This document shows, in pieces, positions 10,659 through 20,966 of a DNA stretch of 64,000 nucleotides (the stretch's first letter is position 1; each line of letters starts with the position of its first letter). A program made the translations under genes and the position numbers. Origin of the DNA: Thermodesulfobacteriota bacterium (GTDB lineage Bacteria > Desulfobacterota > Binatia > Bin18). The notes beneath the pieces are model-generated. The model did no database searches and had not been told where the DNA came from. It saw only the letters and a list, made by a program, of their open reading frames with translations. The stretch covers positions 3,648,001-3,712,000 of the forward strand of contig OZ219926.1 of NCBI GenBank assembly GCA_964291405.2. Direction: 5' to 3'.

Positions 10659-11576
10659 ATGAAACTCTACCGTTCGACCATGTTTGTTCCGGGGAATCGG
10701 CCCGACTGGATAGACAAGGCGCCCAAATACGGTCCCGATGCGCTGTTGCTGGACCTTGAGGACGCGGTACCGATTGCCAACAAGGTTGAGGCGCGGGATA
10801 TCGTCCGTACCGGCATTGAAGGCTTGCGCGGGAGAGGCGTGGGTGTCTTTGTGCGTCTGAACGGCGTAGATACCGGTCTGACCGGCGAAGATATCGAAGC
10901 CATTGTGGTCGAAGGCCTCGACGCGGTGGCCGTACCCAAGCTGGAGACGGTCGAGGAGGTTCTCAAGGTTGACGCCTGGCTGGAGTTGTTTGAACGCAAA
11001 GCCGGCCTGCCCATCGGCACGGTCGAGATCATGGCCCTGCCCGAAACCGCCCGTGGCATCATGGACGCCTACAAACTGGCCACGGCCTGTCCGCGGGTCG
11101 GGAATATCATCGGCGGCGTTGGTGCCCGGTCCGGAGACGTGACCAAGGCCATTGGCTATAAGTGGACGCGCCAGGGCCTGGAAACGCTGTATATGGCCTC
11201 GCATATTCTCCTGGCCGCGCGGGCCGCGGGCATTGAGTATCCGATCGGCGGCGGCTCGCTCGAAGTCGGCGATATCGAGCTGGTGCGGGCTCAAATTCAG
11301 CGTGGGCGGGAAGTGGGCTTCCGCGGCTGCCTGCTCATTCATCCGTCTGCCGTGCCCATTGCCAACGAGATTTTTGCGCCCTCTCAGGAAGAGATTGAAT
11401 GGAATAAGGGCGTGATGCAGGCCATGGCCGACGCCGAAAAAGCGGGTAAAGCGGCAGTCACGTACGACGGCATGATGATCGACTACGCCCACGTCCGCAA
11501 CGCCCTGGAACTGCTCCAGCAGGCGGAATCGTTCGGGATTGAAGTCGGCGAGTATGCCGATGTAAAGGCGCTGTAG
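10659..11576 (+). CDS. CitE/HpcH-HpaI CoA-ester lyase (citryl/malyl-CoA lyase-like)
   Basis: RSTMFVPGN, LDLEDAVP, PET, LIHPS, DGMMID; AGGAGG RBS. Confidence 0.88.
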   Translation: MKLYRSTMFVPGNRPDWIDKAPKYGPDALLLDLEDAVPIANKVEARDIVRTGIEGLRGRGVGVFVRLNGVDTGLTGEDIEAIVVEGLDAVAVPKLETVEEVLKVDAWLELFERKAGLPIGTVEIMALPETARGIMDAYKLATACPRVGNIIGGVGARSGDVTKAIGYKWTRQGLETLYMASHILLAARAAGIEYPIGGGSLEVGDIELVRAQIQRGREVGFRGCLLIHPSAVPIANEIFAPSQEEIEWNKGVMQAMADAEKAGKAAVTYDGMMIDYAHVRNALELLQQAESFGIEVGEYADVKAL

Positions 11577-11651
11577 GGAGATTGCTATGCGAACGACAAT
11601 TAGGGTATAGCGGGGAATACTTTCTTGGAAAACACATCAGGAATCATAGCG

Positions 11652-11864
11652 ATGAAATCTGACTATACAGCAGTGGTAAAGCGTGATGGCGAATGGTGGA
11701 TAGGGTGGATTGAGGAGGTGCCGGGTGTCAATTCTCAAGGGGCGACCCGAGAAGAACTTTTGGTTAATTTACGGTCAGCGCTACAAGAGGCCCTGGAGAT
11801 GAATCGATCTGATGCTCTTGCCGCTGCTGAAGGGGACTACGAAGAAGAGCGTATTGATCTGTGA
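11652..11864 (+). CDS. hicB: HicB family antitoxin (short)
   Basis: WWIGWIEEVPGVNSQGATREEL. Confidence 0.88.
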   Translation: MKSDYTAVVKRDGEWWIGWIEEVPGVNSQGATREELLVNLRSALQEALEMNRSDALAAAEGDYEEERIDL

Positions 11865-12046
11865 AGCGGCGGGAATTCCTCACACACCTCCGCGCCCACG
11901 GATGTGTGTTGATACGTGAAGGGGCTCGACATTCCTGGTGGGGAAACCCGAGCAACAATCGTCGCTCTTCAATTCCGCGCCACACCGAAATACCAAACGA
12001 ACTGGCAAAAAAGATTTGTCGAGATCTGGGTGTCCCGAAACCTTAG
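11861..12046 (+). CDS. hicA: HicA family toxin
   Basis: LIREGARHSWW..IPRHTEI..KKICRDLG; GTGA overlap with hicB. Confidence 0.9.
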   Translation: MKRREFLTHLRAHGCVLIREGARHSWWGNPSNNRRSSIPRHTEIPNELAKKICRDLGVPKP

Positions 12047-12086
12047 GGGAACTCTCCTCCGTTTTCTTCGGTCAGACGAAGCGGCT

Positions 12087-14090
12087 CTACCCTCCAGCCA
12101 AATACGACCGTGCTCTTCCCAGCGCCATCAGCGGGAAGTAGTGCCGGTACAGATTGTAGTTGATCATAAATCCGCGCTGGAGTTCGGTACCCTGCATGAA
12201 GCGCCTTTTCATCTCCTGGACGTGCAGGTTCGTGCGTGCGCCCGTGCCGTAGCCGGGAAAGCCGGTTCCGGTGTAATAGGGTTCATCCCAGGTGCCGCCC
12301 TGTTGCGTGTGGAGCAGGTAGTCGAGCCCGGTATGAATCGCGTCGTCAAAATGATGATCCTCAATGGACAGCAGGGCCAGTAAGGCCCAGGCCGTCTGCG
12401 AGGCCGTGCTTGGCCCCGTGCCGCGCAAGCGGTCGTCCATATAGGACGCGCAGGTCTCACCCCATCCCCCGTCCGCGTTTTGATGCTCGGCCAGCCACTG
12501 ACCCGCCTTGTTCACATAGGCCGCGCTCATGTCTTGGCCGATGGCTCTCAAGGCCGGCAGGACTGCGGCGGTCCCATAGATATGATTGACCCCCCAGCGG
12601 CCGAACCAACTGCCTTCCGGCTCCTGCTCGGCCAGGACGTAATCGAGCGCACGGCGCAGGGCCGGGTGAGAGCTGTCATATCCGAGGACGCCAAAGGCTT
12701 CGAGCACATGCGCGGTGACATCAACGCTGGGCGGATCGAGCGCCTCGCCAAAATCGCAGAACGGAATCTTGGTTAGCAGGTCTTTATCGTTGTTCTTGTC
12801 AAACGCGCCCCAGCCGCCGTTGTCCGACTGCATGGCCAGGACCCAGGCCTTTGCACGTTCAATCGGCGCGTCAAAACGAGTGTCGCCAGGATTTTGCGCA
12901 CGGAGGTGGGCCAAGACAATCAGGGCCACCGCAGTGTCGTCCACGTCCGGATAGGCGGCGTTCTCATGCTCAAATGCCCAGCCGCCGGGACGGGCGGCGG
13001 GGACTTTGACCTGCCAGTCGCCGACCGTATCCACTTCCTTATTCAACACCCACCGGAGCGCCTGTTGCATGGGTTCCGACTGCTGTAACTGGAAACCGCA
13101 GTCGGTCAGAGCCAGCAGGGCCAGCAGGGTATCCCAGATGGGAGATTCGCTGGCCTGAATGTGCAAGCTGTCATCACGTTCATAGGACCAGTGATCATCA
13201 AGAGCGGATAGACCCTTGGCCATGACCGGATGCGACAGATGATAGCCCTCGACATTGAGGGCCATCAGGCTGTAAATCCACGGCGGCTGAATCCCACCCC
13301 AGGCCCCGTCCGCATCCTGGTGGCGAATAATCCATTCCACACTCTGTCGGATGGCGACCTCGCGACCGGGTATGACTCCGAGATTCTGATAGGCGTGCAG
13401 GAATTTGTCAGCCGCAAAAAAGAACGACTGCCACATACCGCTCCGGGCCGGCAGGTCGTAGTTCATGCGCTCGCGACCCTCGGGAAAAAGCTCGTCCAAG
13501 CGACAGTCCGGCGGCAGGGGACGGACCACGTGCCGGGCGGACAGAATGGTCAGCGGGAGAATCGTCGCCCGCGCCCAGGAGGCAAAATTATAGATGTTAA
13601 ACGGAAACCAGGTGGGGAAGAATATGACCTCGGGCGGCAGGTTGGGGGTCTTCTGCCAGGGCCATTCGCCGATCAGCGCAAACCAGTAGCGGGTAAACAC
13701 CCGCACCGCACTCAAGCCACCGTGGGCAAAGATCCACTCCCGGGCTCTGCGCAGGCGCTCGTCATCCGGGGCAAAGCCGTTCGCGCGCAGGGCTGCATAG
13801 CATTCAACCGTGGTGTTAATGTCTCCATCCGGGGCGTCGTAGTAAGTCTCCCACGAGCCGTCCTCGCGCTGGGCGTTGAGGACGGTCTGAACAATCTGCT
13901 GTTTGCGCGGGTGCTCATAGCTCAGGAAGTGCATGGCCAAAAGCCACTGCGCTTCCATACAGCAGTTGGATTCCAGCATTCCCACCCAGTAGCCGTCCTC
14001 GGCCTGGTCTCGATACAGCCAGGCCGTTGCGGCGTGAATGGCCTCATCGAGACGCGGCACGATATCGGACTCAGCAGCGACGGCAGGCAT
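12087..14090 (-). CDS. shc: Squalene-hopene cyclase
   Basis: DVDD catalytic motif, QW repeats (QDADGAWG, QSDNGGWGAFD, QNADGGWGE), WFGRWGVNHIYGT. Confidence 0.95.
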   Translation of the reverse strand: MPAVAAESDIVPRLDEAIHAATAWLYRDQAEDGYWVGMLESNCCMEAQWLLAMHFLSYEHPRKQQIVQTVLNAQREDGSWETYYDAPDGDINTTVECYAALRANGFAPDDERLRRAREWIFAHGGLSAVRVFTRYWFALIGEWPWQKTPNLPPEVIFFPTWFPFNIYNFASWARATILPLTILSARHVVRPLPPDCRLDELFPEGRERMNYDLPARSGMWQSFFFAADKFLHAYQNLGVIPGREVAIRQSVEWIIRHQDADGAWGGIQPPWIYSLMALNVEGYHLSHPVMAKGLSALDDHWSYERDDSLHIQASESPIWDTLLALLALTDCGFQLQQSEPMQQALRWVLNKEVDTVGDWQVKVPAARPGGWAFEHENAAYPDVDDTAVALIVLAHLRAQNPGDTRFDAPIERAKAWVLAMQSDNGGWGAFDKNNDKDLLTKIPFCDFGEALDPPSVDVTAHVLEAFGVLGYDSSHPALRRALDYVLAEQEPEGSWFGRWGVNHIYGTAAVLPALRAIGQDMSAAYVNKAGQWLAEHQNADGGWGETCASYMDDRLRGTGPSTASQTAWALLALLSIEDHHFDDAIHTGLDYLLHTQQGGTWDEPYYTGTGFPGYGTGARTNLHVQEMKRRFMQGTELQRGFMINYNLYRHYFPLMALGRARSYLAGG

Positions 14091-14282
14091 CGTGATTCCA
14101 CCCCCAGTTTGATCGGTCAGCAAAATGCGAATTATGACATAGCCGTCTGGAGGCTACCAGCACTCAAGACGGCTGTTCGAAGACGCCAACTCCTCTGCGG
14201 AATGGGGCGACCGCGGAGTGTGATGATCTTGCTTCTGCAGAGTAATCCGACGTAACATGCCAGGCGCAGAAAAGGGGGGATT

Positions 14283-15110
14283 ATGACCCGAGCCGCACGA
14301 GAAGCATTCGAGCCGTATCGGTTTCAGACGCGCAATATCAACGAAGGCGAGAATAAGGCGCACACCAGAGAAGGCGCTCAGGCGCTTGGTTTTCGTGGCT
14401 CCATCGTTGGTGGGGCGATTGTGTATGGCCAGATGATTCGCCCGCTCATTGAGCGCTATGGCGAAGCCTGGCTGGGCTGTCACTGGTTTGATTTACGCTT
14501 TACGGCACCGGCTTTTGATGAAGATTGGATCACGTCTCACATTACGCCAGATGCGGAGAGCGACCAGCCGCACGCCTTCTCTGTCCGAGCCAGCAATGAA
14601 GAAGGTCAGGAGCTGATTGTCATGCGGACGCATATGCCTGACAGCCCTCCACCGGTTGATGCGCTGGCGTCGCTGGAGCCTCTTGATTGGGAGGGGGAGC
14701 GGGAGTTGGGTACCTGGGAGCGCATGGAACTCAACACACCGTTTCGTCGCTTTCGCTGGAGGCTCACCATGTCTCAGCATCTCTCGTACTGCGACAAAAC
14801 AAACGAAGCGTTGGAGATATTCCGGCAGGGTGATACTCCACCCGTCCACCCCGGCCTGGTGATGGCTCACGGCAGCTTTGCTGTCCAGAACCAGTTCAAG
14901 ATGCCGTTTTGGATACACGCCGGCAGCACGCTGCTGACCCGTGGCCTGATCCGCGTGGGTGATAAGGTGGAACTGCGCTGTGTACCTATTGAAAAATGGA
15001 AGCGCGGAGAAAACGAGTGGGTCAAATTTTATCAAGTGTATATCGTGAACGATCAACCCGTGGTTGAGGTCTGGAAGTCCTCAATCATAAAATTCGTCCC
15101 GCGTGGCTGA
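14283..15110 (+). CDS. MaoC-like hotdog-fold protein
   Basis: ENKAH..AQALGFRGSIVGG, LRFTAPAF, WIHAGS. Confidence 0.55.
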   Translation: MTRAAREAFEPYRFQTRNINEGENKAHTREGAQALGFRGSIVGGAIVYGQMIRPLIERYGEAWLGCHWFDLRFTAPAFDEDWITSHITPDAESDQPHAFSVRASNEEGQELIVMRTHMPDSPPPVDALASLEPLDWEGERELGTWERMELNTPFRRFRWRLTMSQHLSYCDKTNEALEIFRQGDTPPVHPGLVMAHGSFAVQNQFKMPFWIHAGSTLLTRGLIRVGDKVELRCVPIEKWKRGENEWVKFYQVYIVNDQPVVEVWKSSIIKFVPRG

Positions 15111-15139
15111 GTGACGCAATACGCCTGGTAAAGCAAAGC

Positions 15140-15874
15140 CTACGATCCTCGCTCTTCATCATCGTCCCGCACGGCATGGACAATGTGCAGGCCGACCAGG
15201 CGGGCGACCAGGATAGCGATATACAGCTGGCCCATGACCGCCTCGAAGGCGGCCAGGTTCCGCGCCAGCGGAGTCACCGGCGTAATATCCCCGTACCCGA
15301 GCGTCGTAAGCGTGACCAGGCTGTAGTACATGAAAACGGACAGGCGACGGACCTCCATGGCCGCGAGGTCAATAGGATCGGCCGAAAGCTCCGGAAGATT
15401 GAAAGACCCTGGTTGGAGCACCTCAAGCAGGTCAAACAGGAATGCCCAGGCCAGACCGACCAGCATATAGACACACACCGCGCCATTGACGATGTCTCCG
15501 GTCACGCGGGCCGGGCGCAGCACGTTGAGGAGAATCGCCACTGCCGTAAAGGCTAGAAAGAGGAAGCCGAAACAGTGGCTGAAGACGGACAGCCAGTCGG
15601 TATATACCGCGTATGAGGCCCACCGTCCGGCTATGGCCGGAACGGCCAGGATCACTGCGACGAGCAGTACCTTTTTGCTGCGATGCACATCATAGGTGAC
15701 GACCAACAGGGTGGTGGAGACCAGCAGGTCAAGCAGAATCAGACCCGGACGACTTGAAAAGAATTCCTGAACGAACGGATTGATAATATACAGCGAGAGT
15801 AGCGTGACCAGCAGCACCGCATGCCGAGGCTCTCGGGCCGCCGGTTTCCTTGATGATATAAGCGACTCTGGCAT
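15140..15874 (-). CDS. Potassium channel family (Ion_trans_2) membrane protein
   Basis: YSLVTLTTLGYGDITP selectivity filter; multiple TM helices. Confidence 0.88.
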   Translation of the reverse strand: MPESLISSRKPAAREPRHAVLLVTLLSLYIINPFVQEFFSSRPGLILLDLLVSTTLLVVTYDVHRSKKVLLVAVILAVPAIAGRWASYAVYTDWLSVFSHCFGFLFLAFTAVAILLNVLRPARVTGDIVNGAVCVYMLVGLAWAFLFDLLEVLQPGSFNLPELSADPIDLAAMEVRRLSVFMYYSLVTLTTLGYGDITPVTPLARNLAAFEAVMGQLYIAILVARLVGLHIVHAVRDDDEERGS

Positions 15875-15950
15875 CGAATCCGTCCGTGCTTTAGGCTATG
15901 ACATTGCCAGCAAAAAAGACAGCAAAAAACAGAAGACGAGGAGCTGAACC

Positions 15951-16289
15951 GTGCAGTGTCCAAAATGTCCCAACAGCCCCTTGGTTGCAACGCAGGTGCA
16001 GGCCACTCAAGTGGACCGCTGTAAGGCGTGTGGGGGGATTTGGTTTGACAATCACGAACTTATCTTGCTGCTGCATGAAAGCATATCCGACCTTGCGACC
16101 CTGCGAGGGAAAAGCACTCCACGGGGAGTCAACCAGAAGCATGGCCGGTGTCCGCGCGACAACGCCGAACTGCTGCGCGTGTCAAGCGCACTTGGCCGCT
16201 CGGTCATTCTCGATACCTGTCCCGAGTGCCGGGGAATTTGGCTGGACGGCGGAGAATTTGACACCCTGCTAAAAAGTGTGGCGCGATAA
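15951..16289 (+). CDS. Double zf-TFIIB zinc-ribbon protein
   Basis: CPKC..DRCKACGGIWFD..EL and CPRD..DTCPECRGIWLDGGE. Confidence 0.8.
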   Translation: MQCPKCPNSPLVATQVQATQVDRCKACGGIWFDNHELILLLHESISDLATLRGKSTPRGVNQKHGRCPRDNAELLRVSSALGRSVILDTCPECRGIWLDGGEFDTLLKSVAR

Positions 16290-16294
16290 CGAAG

Positions 16295-16672
16295 ATGGAT
16301 ATGGTTTTCCTTGCCATAGCACTCTCTGTTCTGCTCATCGGTTTCGGCTTATGGGGTATTATGAAACCGGCCACGCTTCTGGCCTTTCTTGCCCGCTGGC
16401 AAACTCGTGAGGGACTCTGGGTAGGGGCGGCCATCCGGCTCATGTTCGGGCTTGCTCTATGGTTTGCTGCCCCCCTCTCACGTTTCCCAACCACCTTACA
16501 TGTAGTCGGCGTGATATTCATTGTGGCGGGCATCGCCATGCCGTTCATCGGACTGGTTCGTTTCACGAGCATGGTTGCCTGGTGGCTCAACAAACCGCCC
16601 TCCTTCACCCGCGTTTGGGCGGTGGCTACGCTTGCCCTGGGAGTATTCTTTGTCTGGGCTGTTGTGGGCTGA
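16295..16672 (+). CDS. Small integral membrane protein
   Basis: Four hydrophobic segments. Confidence 0.65.
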   Translation: MDMVFLAIALSVLLIGFGLWGIMKPATLLAFLARWQTREGLWVGAAIRLMFGLALWFAAPLSRFPTTLHVVGVIFIVAGIAMPFIGLVRFTSMVAWWLNKPPSFTRVWAVATLALGVFFVWAVVG

Positions 16673-16756
16673 GCTAAGTGGTGGAACGTTCTATTGAGGA
16701 GCGAACGCTGGGTTCAGCGCTGCTGTCCAAAAGGTCTGAGGATCAAGGCCCGGGCC

Positions 16757-17206
16757 TCATCCTCCTTCGTCTTGGACATACGCCTCCTGTAACAGCTCGC
16801 CCTCCGTGGCTTCATGTTGGCGGAGCTGGTCGAACAGGCGCTCGACTTTCTCACGAATGGGAAGGAATTGCTGACGACTTGACCCCGCCATCCCTTTCAG
16901 CTCACCGATAGCCTGACCCAGTTGAGCCGATATGGTCTCGTGTTCCGCCTCCAGCCTGTTCACCGCTTGGTGATGTTGCGGTGCGACTTCCAGGACACTG
17001 CCCAGAAATCCCCCTTCCTCTTCCAGGTCAAAATGCTTGTGCAGGTCGTTGGAAAAATCCCGCAGTGCCCAGAGCAGTTCAAGTCGCCAGCTCGAAAAGT
17101 CCGCCTGAGGTACCTCCTTGGAGAGTAAGGCGGTAATTGTGCCAATGTCCGCCTTGAGGGCGGCGTGTTGTTGCCGAAGCTTTGTCCCGACGTCTTGGGA
17201 TTCCAT
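16757..17206 (-). CDS. Hemerythrin-like domain protein
   Basis: QQH, KHFDLEEE, EAEH, QHEATE motif spacing. Confidence 0.75.
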   Translation of the reverse strand: MESQDVGTKLRQQHAALKADIGTITALLSKEVPQADFSSWRLELLWALRDFSNDLHKHFDLEEEGGFLGSVLEVAPQHHQAVNRLEAEHETISAQLGQAIGELKGMAGSSRQQFLPIREKVERLFDQLRQHEATEGELLQEAYVQDEGG

Positions 17207-17381
17207 CAGAATCTCCTCTTCTTCTCTGTGGCTTTTTCCTTATCTCATAACCACCCCTCACACCAGACCATGCTGAGCGGCTTTTTCCACTGCTTCAACG
17301 GTTAGAAGCCCGTCCTCCGACTGATAGAGACTCCCTTGCCAGGAGGTTTGCCTGTCCGATAGTATCCGGTGCCACGACCTT

Positions 17382-17465
17382 GCCGGGATGGCGGAATTGG
17401 CAGACGCAGTGGACTCAAAATCCACCGCTGGCGACAGCGTGCGAGTTCGAGTCTCGCTCCCGGCA
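17382..17465 (+). tRNA. tRNA-Leu(CAA)
   Basis: Acceptor stem gccggga/tcccggc, D-loop ggaattggcagac, anticodon arm gtgga-ctCAAaa-tccac, long variable arm, GTTCGAG T-loop; CCA not encoded. Confidence 0.95.
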
Positions 17466-17524
17466 TATTCCTCTGAATTCTCCAACCCTTGTATGTTAAC
17501 GTAGAGAGGCAAGGGAGCAAAAAA

Positions 17525-17617
17525 TCCCCTCCTCGGAGGGGTGGCCCGAAGGGCCGGGGTGGGTTTTCCCAGGTATGTCCCATTCGTAGAACCCACCCCG
17601 CCGCTGCGCGGCACCCC
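17525..17617. repeat. REP-like palindromic repeat cluster (cccctcc..ggagggg / ggccggggtggg family)
   Basis: Related copies at 21680-21760, 24498-24620, 36621-36720, 781-840. Confidence 0.75.
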
Positions 17618-17693
17618 AAAAGCAGGAGGTTGTCTCTGCGCCGGTTTTACTGTAGGCAAAGAGCCTGTTTTTCTACCGATCTGAGGGTGCGTT

Positions 17694-19361
17694 ATGAGCA
17701 ATGCAAAGACGGTGACAACAGCCCGGAACGCCTGGGAGGACTCCGTTCTCAAGAAGGCTCTGTCGCGGTCTGCGGAGCGTAAGGAACGCTTTGAGACCAC
17801 GTCGGGCATAGAGATCAAGCGGGTGTATACCAGCGAGGATACCCAGGACGGCGACTACCAGGAAAAGCTCGACTTTCCCGGCCAGTATCCCTTTACCCGC
17901 GGCGTTCAGCCCACCATGTATCGCGGTCGTTTCTGGACCATGCGCCAGTACGCCGGTTTTGGCACGGCCGAGGAGTCCAATCAGCGCTACCGCTACCTGC
18001 TTGGGCAGGGCCAGACCGGCCTGTCCGTGGCCTTTGATTTACCGACGCAGATGGGCCGGGATTCCGACCACGCCATGGCCGCCGGAGAAGTCGGGCGGGC
18101 CGGTGTGGCCATCGACTCGTTGGCGGACATGGAAACCCTGCTGGACGGTATTCCGCTGGACAAGGTCAGCACCTCCATGACCATCAACGCCACCGCGTCC
18201 ATTTTGCTGGCGCTCTACCTGGTGGTAGCGGAAAAACAGGGCGTTGGCTGGGATAAGGTCAACGGCACCATTCAGAACGATCTGCTCAAAGAATACATCG
18301 CTCGCGGCACGTATATTTATCCGCCCGGTCCGTCCCTGCGGATCATCACGGATATTTTCGGCTTTTGTGCCGACCAAGTGCCGAACTGGAACACGATTTC
18401 GATCTCCGGCTACCACATTCGCGAGGCCGGCTCGACCGCAGCCCAGGAAATTGCATTCACCCTGGCCGACGGGATCGCCTATGTTGAAGCCGCGCAGTCC
18501 GTTGGCCTCGATGTCGATAAGTTTGCTTCCCGACTGTCGTTCTTTTTCAATGTGCATAATAATTTCTTTGAGGAGGTGGCCAAGTTCCGGGCGGCCCGGC
18601 GGTTGTGGGCCAAGATCATGAAGGAGCGCTTTGAGGCCAAAAACCCGCGCTCGTGGATGCTGCGTACCCATGCCCAAACCGCAGGTTCGACGCTGACCGC
18701 CCAGCAGCCGGACAATAATGTCATCCGTGTGACCCTTCAGGCTCTGGCCGCAGCTCTGGGCGGGACCAACTCGCTGCATACCAACTCAAAGGACGAGGCC
18801 CTGGCGCTGCCTACCGAAGACGCCGTGCGGGTTGCGCTCCGTACCCAGCAGGTTATCGCCCACGAGTCCGGGGCTGGGGATACCATTGATCCCCTGGCGG
18901 GCTCGTATTTTATCGAGTCCCTGACGGACGAGCTGGAGACCAAGGCGGTCGAGTATATCGAGCGGATCGACAAGCTGGGCGGAGCCGTCCAGGCCATTGA
19001 GAACGGCTATCAGCAGCGCGAGATTCACGACGCCGCGTTCCGCTATCAACAGGCGATTGAAACCAAGCAACAGATCATTGTGGGGGTGAACGAGTTCACG
19101 GTCGAGGAAGACCACCACGACGAACTGCTGAAAGTCGACTTGGCCCTGGAGGAACGCCAGAAGGAACGGGTGGCCGGGGTACGCGCCGAGCGCAACCAAG
19201 CCGCGGCCCAGGCTGCGCTCGACCAAGTCGGACAGGTGGCGCGGGATGGGGGCAATCTGATGCCGGCGATTATCGATGCCGTGCGGGCCTACGTCACCCT
19301 GGGTGAGATCTCGGACGCGATGCGCAACGAGTTTGGCGAATATCGACCGCCGACATTCTAA
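17694..19361 (+). CDS. Methylmalonyl-CoA mutase, substrate-binding (large) subunit without B12-binding domain
   Basis: [59 protein letters not shown]. Confidence 0.92.
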   Translation: MSNAKTVTTARNAWEDSVLKKALSRSAERKERFETTSGIEIKRVYTSEDTQDGDYQEKLDFPGQYPFTRGVQPTMYRGRFWTMRQYAGFGTAEESNQRYRYLLGQGQTGLSVAFDLPTQMGRDSDHAMAAGEVGRAGVAIDSLADMETLLDGIPLDKVSTSMTINATASILLALYLVVAEKQGVGWDKVNGTIQNDLLKEYIARGTYIYPPGPSLRIITDIFGFCADQVPNWNTISISGYHIREAGSTAAQEIAFTLADGIAYVEAAQSVGLDVDKFASRLSFFFNVHNNFFEEVAKFRAARRLWAKIMKERFEAKNPRSWMLRTHAQTAGSTLTAQQPDNNVIRVTLQALAAALGGTNSLHTNSKDEALALPTEDAVRVALRTQQVIAHESGAGDTIDPLAGSYFIESLTDELETKAVEYIERIDKLGGAVQAIENGYQQREIHDAAFRYQQAIETKQQIIVGVNEFTVEEDHHDELLKVDLALEERQKERVAGVRAERNQAAAQAALDQVGQVARDGGNLMPAIIDAVRAYVTLGEISDAMRNEFGEYRPPTF

Positions 19362-19399
19362 GACATGCGCGCTCTGCGCATACGAACAGGAGGGGAGCC

Positions 19400-20482
19400 A
19401 TGAAGGGAACTGTCAGTTTTATTCCCAAGGCACGAACCATAGAGTTTTTTGAGTACGACCTGCCGGAGGTCGAAGAGGGCGCTATTCTGGCCGAGGTGAG
19501 TCGGACCAATGTGTGTGGCTCTGAGGTCCATATGTGGCGCGGCGAGTTCGGCAGGCGAGGAGTCATGCCTGGCCATGAAATGGTGGGCCAGGTGTATAAG
19601 CTGGGCAAGGGCGTCACCCACGATACGGCCGGTCAACCCTTAAAAGAGGGCGACCGGATTGCGCCGGTCTATTACGAGACCTGCGGCAACTGTGTGAACT
19701 GTCGGGCCGGAAACGCGGCCGCCTGCGTGGTGCTGGGCATTCGCGCCCGGCGGGTCGGGCCGCACGACCCGCCGCATTTTCACACGCCGTTTGCCACGCA
19801 TTACTACATCCATCCCGGTCAGCACGTCTACAAAGTGCCCGACAACGTGCCCGACCACGCCGCTTCGGCAGCCAACTGTGCCTTGTCCGAGGTTTTCTTT
19901 GGGCTGGATCAAGCCCGGCTCAGCTATGAAGAGACCCTGGTGGTACAGGGTGCCGGCGGCCTCGGCCTGCATGCCATGGCCGTGGCAAAAGCCCGGGGCG
20001 CGCGGGTCATTGCCATTGACGGTGTGGACCTGCGTCTCCAGCGGGCCAAAGCCTTTGGTGCGGACGAGATCGTTGACATGCGCGAGCATACCGACACCAA
20101 AGCGCGGGTCGGGCAGGTGCGAGAGCTGACCGCCGGCCTTGGCGCTGATGTGGTCCTGGAAGTAGCCGGCGTGCCCCAGGCATTTCTGGAAGCCATCAAT
20201 CTGGTGCGCAGCGGTGGGCGGGTCATTGAGATCGGCAATATCTCCCCTGGGCTGACCGTCGAGGTCCCGCCGGCCCTCATTACCTTCAAGTCGCCCCAGA
20301 TCATTGGCGTGGCCACCTATAACCCGCACTACCTGCACAAGGCGCTGAACTTTCTGTCCGCGCATATTGATACCTATCCCTATCACGAGATGGTGGACGC
20401 CGAGTTCCCACTTGCGCAAGCGGGCGAAGCCATGGAAAAATCAGACCGCAAGGAAATTACCCGCGCCTCGCTGCTGCCGTAG
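19400..20482 (+). CDS. Zinc-binding alcohol dehydrogenase (MDR family)
   Basis: CGSEVH, GHE, CGNCVNC..C, GAGGLG. Confidence 0.9.
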   Translation: MKGTVSFIPKARTIEFFEYDLPEVEEGAILAEVSRTNVCGSEVHMWRGEFGRRGVMPGHEMVGQVYKLGKGVTHDTAGQPLKEGDRIAPVYYETCGNCVNCRAGNAAACVVLGIRARRVGPHDPPHFHTPFATHYYIHPGQHVYKVPDNVPDHAASAANCALSEVFFGLDQARLSYEETLVVQGAGGLGLHAMAVAKARGARVIAIDGVDLRLQRAKAFGADEIVDMREHTDTKARVGQVRELTAGLGADVVLEVAGVPQAFLEAINLVRSGGRVIEIGNISPGLTVEVPPALITFKSPQIIGVATYNPHYLHKALNFLSAHIDTYPYHEMVDAEFPLAQAGEAMEKSDRKEITRASLLP

Positions 20483-20507
20483 CCGCGATTCGCGCGTGGA
20501 GGAAGGC

Positions 20508-20888
20508 ATGAAAGACGCACTCAGAACTGGCATGATCTTTGAGCAGACCATTACCACCACGCCTGAGATGGGCATCGTGCATCTCGGGCCGGACGCGCCG
20601 CGCATGTATTCCACGCCGGCCATGATTCAGCTGATGGAAGGCACCTGCGTGCGGTTTCTCACCCCCTACATGAACGAGGGCGAACAGACGGTCGGCTTCC
20701 ACGTGGATGTCCACCATCTGGCGCCTACCCAGATCGGCCAGCGGGTGACCGGCCGGGTCCGCCTGGATGAAATCAAGGGCCGGCGGCTCAAGTTCACGGT
20801 TGAGGTATACAACGAGGATGCCACCAAGATTGGTGAAGGCCTGCACGAGCGCGCGGTGATCGATATCAACCGTTTCTCCAAGTCCTAA
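20508..20888 (+). CDS. FlK-like hotdog thioesterase
   Basis: STPAMIQLME, TVGFHVDVHHLAPT, GEGLHERAVI. Confidence 0.85.
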   Translation: MKDALRTGMIFEQTITTTPEMGIVHLGPDAPRMYSTPAMIQLMEGTCVRFLTPYMNEGEQTVGFHVDVHHLAPTQIGQRVTGRVRLDEIKGRRLKFTVEVYNEDATKIGEGLHERAVIDINRFSKS

Positions 20889-20966
20889 TCTTCATCCCCT
20901 CCCGAGAAGGGATTGGGGTGGTGATGTATCGTTTTGCCTATTCTCCCTCACCACGGCCCTCTCTCC

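Noticed and set aside
17382-17640. tRNA-Leu as an island integration site
   Set aside because: No integrase and no duplicated tRNA 3' end was noticed in the window
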